From positions 17,660 to 81,659 of the forward strand of contig CANQUE010000003.1 in NCBI GenBank assembly GCA_947626905.1: 64,000 nt of DNA, in the 5' to 3' direction. The notes below the pieces were generated by a model. It saw nothing but the letters and a program-made list of their open reading frames with translations, had not been told where the DNA came from and did no database searches. Positions 53,747 to 63,723 of the stretch are shown here, in pieces. The translations under genes and the position numbers were made by a program. The stretch's first letter is position 1, and every line of letters starts with the position of its first letter. Origin of the DNA: an uncultured Oscillospiraceae bacterium. Its GTDB lineage: Bacteria; Bacillota; Clostridia; Oscillospirales; Oscillospiraceae.

Positions 53747-56700
53747 TCAGTCCCCGTTGCAGCTCTTTTCCAGCCGGACGTATGTCTTGTACCGCTCCTC
53801 CGCCTGGCGCTGGGCCTCGGCAAAGAGGGCCTCCGCCCTTTCCGGATACTTGACCCGCAGTCCCGCATAGCGGACCTCCCCGTCCAAAAAATCGCTGACC
53901 GGGCGGCTGGGAGCCTTGTAGTCCAGGGAGAAGGGCTTTTCCGCCTTGTCCGGGTTGTAGCGGTACAACGGCCACAGGCCGCAGTCCACGGCCTTTTTCA
54001 TCTCCGCCTGGACGCTCTGCATCCCGGCCTTGATGCCGTGGTTGATGCAGGGGGCGTAGGCGATGACGATGGAGGGTCCCTTGTGCTCCACCGCCTCGGT
54101 GACGGCCTTGACCAGCTGGCCCGGATTGGCGCCCATGGCCACGGAGGCCACGTACACGTTGGGATAGGTCATCATCAGCCGGCCCAGGTCCTTCTTGGCG
54201 GTCTTCTTGCCGCTGTCGGCGAATTTGGCCGACGCGCCCACAGGGGTGGCCTTGGAGGACTGGCCGCCGGTGTTGGAGTACACCTCCGTGTCCACCACGA
54301 ACACGTTGATGTCCTCGCCGGAGGCGATCACGTGGTCCAGGCCGCCGTAGCCGATATCATAGGCCCAGCCGTCGCCGCCGAACAGCCATACCACCTTCTT
54401 GCCCAGCTGGTCCTTGTCCAGGAGGATGGCGTCCTTCAGCTGTGCCGCCTGGCCGGTCAGCTGGGCGCTCTCCAGGGCCGATACCAGCGCCCGGGCGTCG
54501 GCGTCGTTCCTGTCCAGATCCTCAAAGCTGGCCAGCCACGCCTGCGCGGCGGCCTCCACCGGCGTATCGGCTGCCAGGGGCAGCAGCGCCTCCACCTTCT
54601 GGCGGACAGCGCCCCGGCGCTGCTTCACCGCCAGCACCACGCCCAGGCCGTTCTCCGCCTGGTCCTCGAAGAGCGTTCCGTAGAACGCCGGGCCCCGGCC
54701 CTCCTTGTTCTTGGTGTAGGGCAGGGATGGGAACGCTCCGGCCCAGGCCAGGGAGCAGCCCACGCCGTTGACCCAGTAGGTCTTCTCGCCGTAAAGCTGG
54801 GTGATGAGCTTGGCATAGGGGGTCTCGCCGCAGCCGGCGCAGGCTCCGGAGAACTCCACCAGGGGCTGATAGAACTGGCTGCCCTTGAGGGTCTTCCGGT
54901 CGAACACGCCCGGCTTGTCGCTGAGGGACAAGGCGTAATTCCAACAGGATTCGTCGTACATGGTATTGTCCGCCGGCCGCATGGTCAGAGCCTTGTCCTT
55001 GGCAAGGCAGGAGGCGGCGCAGCTGCCGCAGCCGGTGCAGTCCATGGTGCTGACCTGCAGCCGGTAGCGCAGGCCCGGCGCACCCTTTGCCGGGACCGTT
55101 TCAAAGCCGGCGGGGGCGCCCACCGCCTCCGCGGCGCTGACGAGATAGGCCCGGATGGCGGCGTGGGGACAGACGAAGGTGCACTGGTTGCACTGCAGGC
55201 ACTTGGTCGCATCCCAGCTGGGCAGGCTGGCGGCGATGCCCCGCTTGTCATACTTGGAGGTGCCCAGCGGATAGGTGCCATCCTGGTGGGGCAGGAACAC
55301 GGACACGGGCAGATCGTCGCCCCGCTGGCGGTTGCAGGGCACCACGATGCTCTTCACCACCTGGGGCAGGCTCTCGTCCACGGTCCGCTCGTCCCTGGCC
55401 TCATGCCAGGCGGCGGGCACCGCCACCTTCACGGGGCTGTTGATGCCCGCGTCCACGGCGGCCTGGTTCATGGCCACCACCTTTTCGCCCTTCTTGGCGT
55501 AGGTCTTTTGGGCGGCCTCTTTCATATAACGGACGGCGTCGTCCACAGGCATGACGTTGGCCAGCTTGAAGAAGGCGGCCTGGAGGATCAGGTTGGCGTG
55601 GTTGCCCAGGCCCAGCTCACGGGCGATGCGGTTGGCGTCCACGATGTAGAACTGCACGTTGTGATCGGCGATGTACTTCTTCACGTCGCCGGGCAGCTCC
55701 CTGTCCAGCTCCTCCTCGGTCCAGGAGGTGTTCAAAAGGAACGTGCCGCCGTCCTTCACCTCGTGGATCATGTCATAGCGGCCGATATAGGACTGGCTGT
55801 GGCAGGCTAGGAAATCCGCCGCCTTGATAAGGTACGTGGAGCGGATGGGGTCCTTGGAGAAGCGCAGATGGCTCTTGGTGATGCCATAGGACTTCTTGGA
55901 GTCATACTCAAAATACGCCTGGGTATACATGCCCGCGTGGTCGCCGATGATCTTGGCGGAATTCTTGTTGGCGCCCACGGTGCCGTCGCTTCCCAGGCCC
56001 CAGAACTTGCAGGAGACCGTGTCGGCGGACTCGGTGATCAGCGGCTCGTGCACGTCCAGGCTCAGGTGGGTCACGTCGTCCACCACGCCGATGGTAAACA
56101 GCTTCTTCGGCCGGTCGGAGAGCATGTTGTCATATACGGCCTTGATCTGAGCGGGGGTCACGTCCTTGGAGGCCAGGCCGTACCGGCCGCCGTAGATCAC
56201 CGGCGCGTCGGGGTCGTTGGCATAGGCCGCGCACACGTCCAGATAGACGGCCCCGGCGATGGCGCCCGGCTCCTTGGACCGGTCCATGGCGGTGACATAC
56301 TTCACCGTCTTGGGCATGGCGTTCAGGAAATACTTCACGTCGAAGGGCCGGAACAGGTGGATCTGCAAAAGGCCCACCTTCCCGCCCCGGGCGTTCAGAT
56401 AGTCCACCACTTCCCTGATCGCCTCGCAGGCGGAGCCCATGGCCACGATGACCCGCTCCGCGTCGGGCGCGCCGTAGTAGTTGAAGATGTGGTAGTCCCG
56501 GCCGGTGATGGCGTTGATGCCCTGCATATATCCTTCCACGATACCGGGGATCGCCGCGTAATCCTGGTTGTTGGCCTCCTGGGACTGGTAATATACATCC
56601 GGTCCCTGGACCGTGGTGCGCTGCAGGGGATGCTCCGGGTTCATGGCAATGTCGTGGTACGCCTTCAGCGCCTGCCGGTCCAGGAGCGCGCCCAGCTTGT

Positions 56701-57268
56701 CCAGGTCCATGACCTCGATCTTCTGGATCTCATGGCTGGTGCGGAAGCCGTCGAAGAAGTGCAGGAAGGGCACCCGGGTCTTCACGGTGGTCAGATGGGC
56801 CACCCCCGCCAGATCCATCACCTCCTGGACGGAGGCGGTGCACATCATGGTCACGCCGGTGGTCCGGCAGGTCATCACGTCCTGGTGGTCGCCGAAGATG
56901 TTGTTGGCGTGCTGGGCCACGGACCGGGCCGCCACATGGAACACCGCGGGCATCCGGTGCCCGGCCATGATGTACAGGTTGGGGATCATCAGCAGCAGGC
57001 CCTGACTGGATGTGAAGGTGGTGGCCATGGCGCCGGCTTCCGCCACGCCGTGCAGCGCCCCGGAGGCGCCGCCCTCGGACTGCATCTCCACCAGGGTCAC
57101 CTGCTGGCCGAACATGTTCTTCCGGCCGCCGGCGGCCCACTCGTCCACGTGCTCGCTCATGGGTGAGGACGGGGTGATGGGGAAGATCCCCGCCACGTCG
57201 GTAAAATGGTAGGCGACGTAGGCGCAGGCCTCGTTGCCGTCCATCGTCCTCATGATCTTCTCACTCAT
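53747..57268 (-). CDS. nifJ: pyruvate:ferredoxin (flavodoxin) oxidoreductase
   Basis: 1173 aa. N-terminus MDGNEACAYVAYHFTDVAGIFPITPSSPM. Internal 2x[4Fe-4S] CLQCNQCTFVCPHAA / CTGCGSCAASC. The TPP motif GGDGWAYDIGYGGLDH. Confidence 0.95.
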   Translation of the reverse strand: MSEKIMRTMDGNEACAYVAYHFTDVAGIFPITPSSPMSEHVDEWAAGGRKNMFGQQVTLVEMQSEGGASGALHGVAEAGAMATTFTSSQGLLLMIPNLYIMAGHRMPAVFHVAARSVAQHANNIFGDHQDVMTCRTTGVTMMCTASVQEVMDLAGVAHLTTVKTRVPFLHFFDGFRTSHEIQKIEVMDLDKLGALLDRQALKAYHDIAMNPEHPLQRTTVQGPDVYYQSQEANNQDYAAIPGIVEGYMQGINAITGRDYHIFNYYGAPDAERVIVAMGSACEAIREVVDYLNARGGKVGLLQIHLFRPFDVKYFLNAMPKTVKYVTAMDRSKEPGAIAGAVYLDVCAAYANDPDAPVIYGGRYGLASKDVTPAQIKAVYDNMLSDRPKKLFTIGVVDDVTHLSLDVHEPLITESADTVSCKFWGLGSDGTVGANKNSAKIIGDHAGMYTQAYFEYDSKKSYGITKSHLRFSKDPIRSTYLIKAADFLACHSQSYIGRYDMIHEVKDGGTFLLNTSWTEEELDRELPGDVKKYIADHNVQFYIVDANRIARELGLGNHANLILQAAFFKLANVMPVDDAVRYMKEAAQKTYAKKGEKVVAMNQAAVDAGINSPVKVAVPAAWHEARDERTVDESLPQVVKSIVVPCNRQRGDDLPVSVFLPHQDGTYPLGTSKYDKRGIAASLPSWDATKCLQCNQCTFVCPHAAIRAYLVSAAEAVGAPAGFETVPAKGAPGLRYRLQVSTMDCTGCGSCAASCLAKDKALTMRPADNTMYDESCWNYALSLSDKPGVFDRKTLKGSQFYQPLVEFSGACAGCGETPYAKLITQLYGEKTYWVNGVGCSLAWAGAFPSLPYTKNKEGRGPAFYGTLFEDQAENGLGVVLAVKQRRGAVRQKVEALLPLAADTPVEAAAQAWLASFEDLDRNDADARALVSALESAQLTGQAAQLKDAILLDKDQLGKKVVWLFGGDGWAYDIGYGGLDHVIASGEDINVFVVDTEVYSNTGGQSSKATPVGASAKFADSGKKTAKKDLGRLMMTYPNVYVASVAMGANPGQLVKAVTEAVEHKGPSIVIAYAPCINHGIKAGMQSVQAEMKKAVDCGLWPLYRYNPDKAEKPFSLDYKAPSRPVSDFLDGEVRYAGLRVKYPERAEALFAEAQRQAEERYKTYVRLEKSCNGD

Positions 57269-57335
57269 TGCAACTCCTCCTATATATGATCGCTGCCATC
57301 CGCCGGGACAGAGCCCGGCCCGATGGAAGCCAATG

Positions 57336-57364
57336 TTGACATGATCGCAGATTTCCGTTATAAT
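57336..57364 (+). promoter_or_regulatory. consensus SigA-type promoter of the IclR gene
   Basis: TTGACA (57336-57341), 17 nt, TATAAT (57359-57364). Confidence 0.7.
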
Positions 57365-57443
57365 AATGGTTGTGCTCTATTCTTTATTGCTGAACTCATT
57401 TCATCTTTATCGAATAAATAGCCAAAAAGCGGGAGGTCATCGT

Positions 57444-58220
57444 ATGGCTACGACAAAAAACATTCAATCCATAGAACGGGCCATGGCTGTGCTGGAGCTG
57501 TTCCAGCAGACGGGCAGCAGCGAGCTGAGCGTAAAGGCCATCGCGGGGCATCTGAACCTGAACAAGAGCACCGCCTTCGGCATCATCAACACGCTGACCA
57601 ACCTGGGCTGCCTGCAGCAGAATCCCCACAACCAAAAATACATGCTGGGACTGAAGCTGCTGAGCCTGGCCAGCACGGTCCAGCTGCAGAACATCATCAT
57701 CCTGTCCGTCCACAGCTATCTGGAGCTGCTCAACCGCCGCTACGACGAAACGGTCCACTGCGCCATGCCCAACGGTAACAGCGTGGTGTATGTGGACAAG
57801 GTGGAGGCCGGGTCCATCCATATCAGCACCCGGATCGGCTCGCAAAACGAGCTGCACTGCACCGGCGTGGGAAAATGCGTTCTGGCCTGGATGCCCGAGG
57901 AGGCCCGGGAGCGGGTCCTGGAGGGGAACATGCGCTCCATGACCTACAACACCATCACCAACGCCCACCGGCTCCGGGAGGAGCTGGCGACCATCCGCCG
58001 CCAGGGCTACGCCATGGACAACGAGGAGATCTCCATCGGGCTGAGCTGCGCCGCGGTGCCGGTTTTTTCCGGGCCGGACAACGTGGTCTGCGCCATCAGC
58101 GTGTCAGGCATGACCGCGCGCATCCGGGTGGCCCTGGAAAACGGTCTGATACAGGACCTGAAACAGACCGCCGCCGCCATCTCCCGGGAGGTGTTCGATT
58201 ACACCTACGATGTGACCTGA
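57444..58220 (+). CDS. IclR-family transcriptional regulator
   Basis: 258 aa from ATG 57444 with GGGAGG RBS. IQSIERAMAVLELF...LSVKAIAGHLNLNKSTAFGIINTL and a C-terminal effector domain. Confidence 0.9.
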   Translation: MATTKNIQSIERAMAVLELFQQTGSSELSVKAIAGHLNLNKSTAFGIINTLTNLGCLQQNPHNQKYMLGLKLLSLASTVQLQNIIILSVHSYLELLNRRYDETVHCAMPNGNSVVYVDKVEAGSIHISTRIGSQNELHCTGVGKCVLAWMPEEARERVLEGNMRSMTYNTITNAHRLREELATIRRQGYAMDNEEISIGLSCAAVPVFSGPDNVVCAISVSGMTARIRVALENGLIQDLKQTAAAISREVFDYTYDVT

Positions 58221-58280
58221 CGGGAGAGCTTCAACACAGCGGAGGAACGGTCGGTTCCTCCGCTGTTTTTTCTCCGGCGG

Positions 58281-59393
58281 TCACTTGAACACAGGGCCGG
58301 CGGGGAAATCGGTCAAAAATTCCGGGCCGTCCTTGGTGATCAGGATGGTATCGGTGATGCGCGGGCCGCCGGTCTGGGGCACGAACAGCGTGGGCAGCAG
58401 CAGATCCACCACCATGTTCTCCCGGAGGGGAACGGCGCTGTCCCGGGCGATGATGGGATAGAACTCCGACTGGCGGATGCCCACGCCGTAGCCGATGTGG
58501 TGCACGATCCAGTGCTTGCCATATCCCTGCTCCTGCATGAACTTTTCCACCGCGGCGAACACCTCGCCGCAGGTGACGCCGGGCTTCAGCATCCCGGCGG
58601 CCAGGGTCTGCGCCTGCTTCAGCAGCTCATAGATCTGCACGGACTGCTCCTGGGGCTTGCCCAAAAACACCGTCCGGCACATCTTCGCCACATACCCGTC
58701 GCAGGACGCCCCCAGGTGGATGACCAGCGGGCCGTTGTCCTCGATGGGGGTGCGGCTGGCATAGGGGTGCAGCTGCATCTGGCGGCTGTGGGTGAGCACC
58801 TGCATACGGAAGGACGAGCCCATGGACCCGGCCTTGGCCATGGCGTATTCCGCCTCGGCCAGCACCTCGGTCTCCAGCATGCCCGGCTTGGCGCAGGCAA
58901 TGGCGGCCTCCATGCCGGCGGCCACGGCTTTGCCGGCGGCGCGCATCCGCTCCAGCTCCTCTTCGTCCTTCACGCTGCGCAGTTCATAGCACACCCCGGC
59001 GATGTCGCATACCTCCATGTCCGGGGCCGCTTCCCGCAGGCACTGATAGTCCTTCAGACTGATGAAATACCGGGTGAAGCCCAGCCGGGGCGCTTTCCAC
59101 CCCTGGTCCTTCAGCCATGCGGCCATGGCAGTGCTCTGGCTCTCGCCCTTGGGGAACATAAACGGCGTCACCTTGGCGATGCCGCTGACGGAGCGGATAT
59201 ACCCCACCTCCGCCCACAGGCAGAACAGCTCCGGCTCTCCCTCGGCGGGCACCGCCAGCGCCCCGCCCTCCAGGTCATCCAGCCCGGCGAAATAGATCAG
59301 ATTCTCCCGGTCATAGATCATGGCCGCGTCAATGTGCAGTTCCCGCAGCCTTTCCTGCAGGGCCGCGATCCGTCCGGGGATGCGTTCTTTCAT
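58281..59393 (-). CDS. M24-family metallopeptidase-fold hydrolase (Xaa-Pro peptidase / creatinase-like)
   Basis: 370 aa from ATG 59393. Creatinase-type N-domain (RIAALQERLRELHIDAAMIYDRENLIYFAG) and a pita-bread C-domain (HHIGYGVGI...). Confidence 0.8.
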   Translation of the reverse strand: MKERIPGRIAALQERLRELHIDAAMIYDRENLIYFAGLDDLEGGALAVPAEGEPELFCLWAEVGYIRSVSGIAKVTPFMFPKGESQSTAMAAWLKDQGWKAPRLGFTRYFISLKDYQCLREAAPDMEVCDIAGVCYELRSVKDEEELERMRAAGKAVAAGMEAAIACAKPGMLETEVLAEAEYAMAKAGSMGSSFRMQVLTHSRQMQLHPYASRTPIEDNGPLVIHLGASCDGYVAKMCRTVFLGKPQEQSVQIYELLKQAQTLAAGMLKPGVTCGEVFAAVEKFMQEQGYGKHWIVHHIGYGVGIRQSEFYPIIARDSAVPLRENMVVDLLLPTLFVPQTGGPRITDTILITKDGPEFLTDFPAGPVFK

Positions 59394-59472
59394 GGGATAA
59401 AACTCCTTTCTCGGGACCGAAGGCGGAGCCGCGGGCGCGGCTCCGCCCCCTTTCATTGCGTCAGAGCCGGTA

Positions 59473-60702
59473 TCAGCCCTCGTTCTTGCCGGAAGCGAAG
59501 TCCTTCGGCTCGGTGATCAGGGAAACCACCACGCCGACGACCAGCGCCCAGAAAGCGCAGCCGACCTTCAGGATGGTGATGCCGGACACGCCCACGCAGA
59601 AGGCGCAGAACGCGCCGATGCGGAACTTGCCGGTGGAGAAGCCGCTCTTCAGGCAGTTGATCAGCACGTTCATCATGGCCAGGCCCGCCAGGGTGTTGAC
59701 CAGGGTGCTGGGCACAAAGCTGACGAAGCTGATGGCATACACCGCGAACAGGCCGAAAGCGGCGAAGGTGATGCCGTTGACCACGGAGGCCACATAGCGG
59801 CCCTCCTTGGGGCCGGCGTCCTCGGAGGCGCAGATGGCGGTCATGGGGCCGGCGATGTTGGCGTTGTGGGCGCCGAACAGGCCGGAAACGATGCCGCCGA
59901 TGCCGGAGGCGATGGTCATGGTGTTGGCAGGCACGTCGTAGCCGGTGGCCCGCAGCACGCCCATGGCCTGGGCGTTCTCAGCGCCCATGACCAGCGCGGC
60001 CAGGGGGATGGAGCAGGAGAAGATCAGCGTGCCGTTGAACTTGGGCGCCACGATCCGGGGCCCTATGTACGTGATGGCGCCGGCGTCGCCGGAGAATTTC
60101 CCCGTTACCGCTGCCACCACCACGCCGACCACCAAGGCGGCCACCACGCCCGGGATCTTCTTTGTGAACCGGGGCAGGATCAGGAAGGCCAGCACCGCAG
60201 CGCCGCACACCAGCCAGTCCGCCTGGACGCTGGTGACGATGCCGGTGCCGAATCTCAGCATGGCGCCGCCCACCATCGCCATGACGATCTCCAGGGGCAG
60301 CACTTTCATGATCTTGCCGATGAGGCCCGTCATGCCGATGATCAACACGATCACGCCCGCTATGATGAACGCGCCGGCGGCCTCGTTGAAGGTGTAGCCG
60401 GCCAGGGCCGTGCCCATCAGGGTGGCGCCGGGGATGGAATAAGCGCCGGAGATGGGGACTTTGTAATACAGCGCCAGGATCGTGCCCAGCAGGCCGCCGA
60501 ACACATAAATGCCGAAGATCCAGGTGACGGTGTCCGCCAGAGTGAACCCTGCGGTGTTGGCGGCGGCGATGGTCACAAGGCAGGGGCCGGTGCAGCCGAA
60601 GATGGTGGATACCAACGCGGAGCCGATCGTCTGCCCGTTCAGATGCTTGGGCAGATCAGCCAGGCCGGACTTAAAGCCGGGGCCTTTTTCCAAAAGCTTC
60701 AT
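59473..60702 (-). CDS. BenE-family (benzoate/H+ symporter-like) transporter
   Basis: 409-aa polytopic protein. The N-terminus GSALVSTIFGCTGPCLVTIAAA...GAYSIPGATLM is as in BenE-type permeases. Confidence 0.75.
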   Translation of the reverse strand: MKLLEKGPGFKSGLADLPKHLNGQTIGSALVSTIFGCTGPCLVTIAAANTAGFTLADTVTWIFGIYVFGGLLGTILALYYKVPISGAYSIPGATLMGTALAGYTFNEAAGAFIIAGVIVLIIGMTGLIGKIMKVLPLEIVMAMVGGAMLRFGTGIVTSVQADWLVCGAAVLAFLILPRFTKKIPGVVAALVVGVVVAAVTGKFSGDAGAITYIGPRIVAPKFNGTLIFSCSIPLAALVMGAENAQAMGVLRATGYDVPANTMTIASGIGGIVSGLFGAHNANIAGPMTAICASEDAGPKEGRYVASVVNGITFAAFGLFAVYAISFVSFVPSTLVNTLAGLAMMNVLINCLKSGFSTGKFRIGAFCAFCVGVSGITILKVGCAFWALVVGVVVSLITEPKDFASGKNEG

Positions 60703-60770
60703 TTTTGATCTCCTTTTCTGTTTTCTTCTTGATCTGCAGTGTTATTGCCGGATATCCGGCGGCGGATGGA

Positions 60771-62237
60771 TCAGCCTTTCAGCCGCTCCAGCACGGACAT
60801 GTCCACGCCCCGCTGGCGGAACCACTTGGGCATGAGCTCCTTCTCCACCAGCTCGCTGACGGCGGGGGCCTTCTCGATGAGCAGCTTCGCCAGGGACTCG
60901 GAGCAGTTCAGTCCGCCCATGGCGCCGTCGAAGATGATGACCTTGTCGGTGCCGGTGACGTTATAGGCGAACTCCATGGCCTGCTCGGTGGTCTTGGCGA
61001 TGACGGCGTGGTCCATGTACTTCAGGTTCATGGGCTCGGTATCGAACATCTTGGCCTGCTCCGCGCCTACCACCACGGTGGGGATGTGCTCGGAGAAGAA
61101 CGCGGAGGGATAGCCGGTCCAGGCGTAGTTGTGCACGCACATCTTGATGGCCGGGTTCAGCGGCGGGGTCTGCTTCAGGAAGGGCTTGCCCTGCTTGTTA
61201 TAGAACGCCTCGGTGTACCATGTGTAGGGCGGCAGAGGCGTGCCCTCCATGTCGTACAGGTCCGCGTTGGCGCCGACAAAGTTGGCGTAGATCACGCCGG
61301 CGGAGAACACGTAAGGCACCGGGCAGGGGAAGTCCAGCACGGCGATGCACTCGTCGATCTTGCCGAACAGGGTCATCACCTTGCCGTACAGCTGGCAGCC
61401 GATGAAGGTCGCCCGGTCGTTGATGGCGTACAGATCGTTATCCGCGTCCACGCCGATGACGCCGTGAGGGCCCACGCTGAGGAACGCGCCGAAGGCGAAT
61501 TTGCTCTGCACGAACTTGGACTCAAAGATGGCCCGGGCGGTGAAGTTGGCGGCCCGGGGGCCCAGGTTCTGGTGATAGGTGGAGCGGGACTCGATGCGGG
61601 CGTAGGACATGGAGAAGGGCTTCACGGCCTTGTCGATCTGGCGGTGGAAGTGGACTTCCCGCACGTCGGTATGGTGGGCGTGGATGATCCAGTCCGCGTC
61701 ATAGATGGCCTTGATGCCGTACAGGGTGCCGATCTCGGTCTCGATGGGGATGCCCTCGTCGATGGGGGCCACGCCCTTGGCCTTGCCCTCATAGTACTCG
61801 TCCAGGCCGTAGCGCTTGATGTACTCCTCGGTCTCTCTGAAGCGCATGCCCACGCCGGCCCGCAGACGCACGTTCTTGCAGCCGGTCTTCTCGATCACGA
61901 TGTCCCGGATGGCCTTGAGCAGGATGGCGTAGGGCTGGCCGCCCAGCAGGGTGAAGCCGTGGTGGGACGCCAGCACGTTCACCGACTGGTCGGGCTTGAT
62001 CATACTCATGTCCACTTTCCGCAGCTCTTCCTTGGCCAGCTCATACAGCCGGTCCAGCGCCCCCTCCGGGCCGGGATAGATAACCTCGGGCAGGTCGGGG
62101 AACAGCTCCTGCAGCCGCACGGAAACCATGCCGGGCATCTCGGCCACTCTCTTTTTCACCAGAGCGGGGTCGATGCCGTACTGTGACGGCTTGGCCGCGA
62201 TCGGCATGATGGGAGGATGCATCAGCTTGTTATCCAT
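60771..62237 (-). CDS. 488-aa conserved protein of unknown function (possibly LarA/DUF2088-like)
   Basis: ATG 62237 lies 1 nt after the ferredoxin stop. The His-rich core ASHHGF...IIHAHHTDVREVHFHRQIDK is vaguely reminiscent of LarA-type folds. The product call is weak; the CDS is well supported. Confidence 0.55.
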   Translation of the reverse strand: MDNKLMHPPIMPIAAKPSQYGIDPALVKKRVAEMPGMVSVRLQELFPDLPEVIYPGPEGALDRLYELAKEELRKVDMSMIKPDQSVNVLASHHGFTLLGGQPYAILLKAIRDIVIEKTGCKNVRLRAGVGMRFRETEEYIKRYGLDEYYEGKAKGVAPIDEGIPIETEIGTLYGIKAIYDADWIIHAHHTDVREVHFHRQIDKAVKPFSMSYARIESRSTYHQNLGPRAANFTARAIFESKFVQSKFAFGAFLSVGPHGVIGVDADNDLYAINDRATFIGCQLYGKVMTLFGKIDECIAVLDFPCPVPYVFSAGVIYANFVGANADLYDMEGTPLPPYTWYTEAFYNKQGKPFLKQTPPLNPAIKMCVHNYAWTGYPSAFFSEHIPTVVVGAEQAKMFDTEPMNLKYMDHAVIAKTTEQAMEFAYNVTGTDKVIIFDGAMGGLNCSESLAKLLIEKAPAVSELVEKELMPKWFRQRGVDMSVLERLKG

Positions 62238-62238
62238 A

Positions 62239-62859
62239 TCAGTCGCCCTCCTTTTCAGCGCCTTGCTTGACGATCCTGTCCAGCAGCTCCCGGTCCTCAT
62301 CGAAATAGAAGCCCCGGGAATTGTACTTTTCCTTCACTTCCTGGGGGAAGTCCCAGGCGGTGGTGGTCACGCCGTACCACTGCCAGCCGTTGGGATTGGG
62401 ATGCAGCTCGTTGCCGGCTGCCTCCACCAGCCGCAGCAGGGGCTGGATGCACTCGATGGTGCAGCCCGTGCGCATACCGGTCATGGAGGAAACCTCCTCC
62501 GGGGTGGTGGCGCCCATCAGCAGCGCGGCGGCGGCCTCCTCCGCCCGCACGCCTACGCAGTAGCACAGCACCTGCTCCGGGTTCACGTGAGCCTTCTCGC
62601 ACAGCGCGCGGATCTTGCTGTAATCCACCTTCGACACGTCCACGCCCACATCGAAGGGATCGTCCCGCTCCACCATCTTGATGGCGTAACGGGGGCAGCG
62701 GTCAGCGCAGTTGGCGCAGCCCCGGCATTTTTTGTCGTCCTGCACGGTCGCCTTCCGGTCCACCACAGAAATGGCGTATACCGGACAAACCTTTTCGCAG
62801 ATCCGACAACCGACGCACAGGTCTTTGTCAACGACCGCTTTGAGGGTTACTCTTTTCAC
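62239..62859 (-). CDS. 2x[4Fe-4S] ferredoxin domain fused to a BFD-like [2Fe-2S] domain
   Basis: CVGCRICEKVCP and CRGCANCADRCP motifs, then CYCVGV...CTIEC. GTG start 7 nt after AGGAGG. Confidence 0.8.
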   Translation of the reverse strand: MKRVTLKAVVDKDLCVGCRICEKVCPVYAISVVDRKATVQDDKKCRGCANCADRCPRYAIKMVERDDPFDVGVDVSKVDYSKIRALCEKAHVNPEQVLCYCVGVRAEEAAAALLMGATTPEEVSSMTGMRTGCTIECIQPLLRLVEAAGNELHPNPNGWQWYGVTTTAWDFPQEVKEKYNSRGFYFDEDRELLDRIVKQGAEKEGD

Positions 62860-62905
62860 TGTTCGACCTCCTATTTGTTATTTTTTCCGGCCTCGGCCGG
62901 GTCGA

Positions 62906-63679
62906 TCACACGAACTTCACGCTCACGCTGCCCAGGCCCGTGAAGCTGGCGGTGACAAAGTCGCCCGCGGCCACGGGAACGGCGGCGGTCAGGGCCCCGG
63001 CCAGCACGATGCTCCCGGCAGGGATCTCCACGTCATAGGCCGCCAGGGCGTTGCCCAGCCAGGCCACGGCCGCGGCGGGATTGCCCCAGACCTCGGCGGT
63101 GGTGCCGCTGTTGACCAGCTCCCCGTTCTTCTCCAGGGTCATGCCGGTCAGGCGCATATCCACCTTGTGGATCGGGGTCATCCGGCTGCCCACCACCAGC
63201 CGGGCGGAGGAGCCGTTGTCGGCGATGGTGTCCACGAGCTTGATCTTCCAATCCTTGATCCGGGAGTCCACGATCTCCAGCGCCGGGACCACATAGTCCG
63301 TGGCGTCGTACACATGGGCCACCGTCAGACCAGGGCCTTTCAGCGCCTTTTTCAGGCAGAACGCCAGCTCTCCCTCCACCTTGGGCTGGATCAGCCGGGC
63401 GCTGTCGCAGCTCTGCCCCTCCAGCAGGAGCATCCGGTCCGTCAGATGGCCGTAGTCGGGCACGTCCACCCCCAGCAGCTGCTGCATGCCCTTGCTGGTC
63501 AGGCCGATCTTCATGCCCACCAGTTTCTCGCCCTGGTCCAGCCGCCGGCGGATGTTCTCCAGCTGGATGGCATAGGCGTCGTCCACCGTCATGTCCGGGT
63601 CCTGCTGGCTGAGCATGGGGATCTGATACGCCCCCTCCTCCGCCTCATACAGGACCTGTGCCGCTTTTTGGATGTCCAT
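62906..63679 (-). CDS. 2-keto-4-pentenoate hydratase / 2-oxohepta-3-ene-1,7-dioate hydratase family (MhpD/HpcG-like)
   Basis: 257 aa from ATG 63679, 8 nt after GGAGG. DDAYAIQLENIRRRLDQGEKLVGMKIGLTSKGMQQLLGVDVPDYGHL is typical of the family. Confidence 0.75.
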   Translation of the reverse strand: MDIQKAAQVLYEAEEGAYQIPMLSQQDPDMTVDDAYAIQLENIRRRLDQGEKLVGMKIGLTSKGMQQLLGVDVPDYGHLTDRMLLLEGQSCDSARLIQPKVEGELAFCLKKALKGPGLTVAHVYDATDYVVPALEIVDSRIKDWKIKLVDTIADNGSSARLVVGSRMTPIHKVDMRLTGMTLEKNGELVNSGTTAEVWGNPAAAVAWLGNALAAYDVEIPAGSIVLAGALTAAVPVAAGDFVTASFTGLGSVSVKFV

Positions 63680-63723
63680 TTCGCTCACCTCCATAAAATA
63701 TCGATCAGATGCTTGCGCATCGG

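Noticed and set aside
53654-57166. 718-aa and 432-aa + strand ORFs
   Set aside because: Both are antisense to the unambiguous PFOR gene. Their Gly/His/Val/Ala-rich composition carries no motifs.
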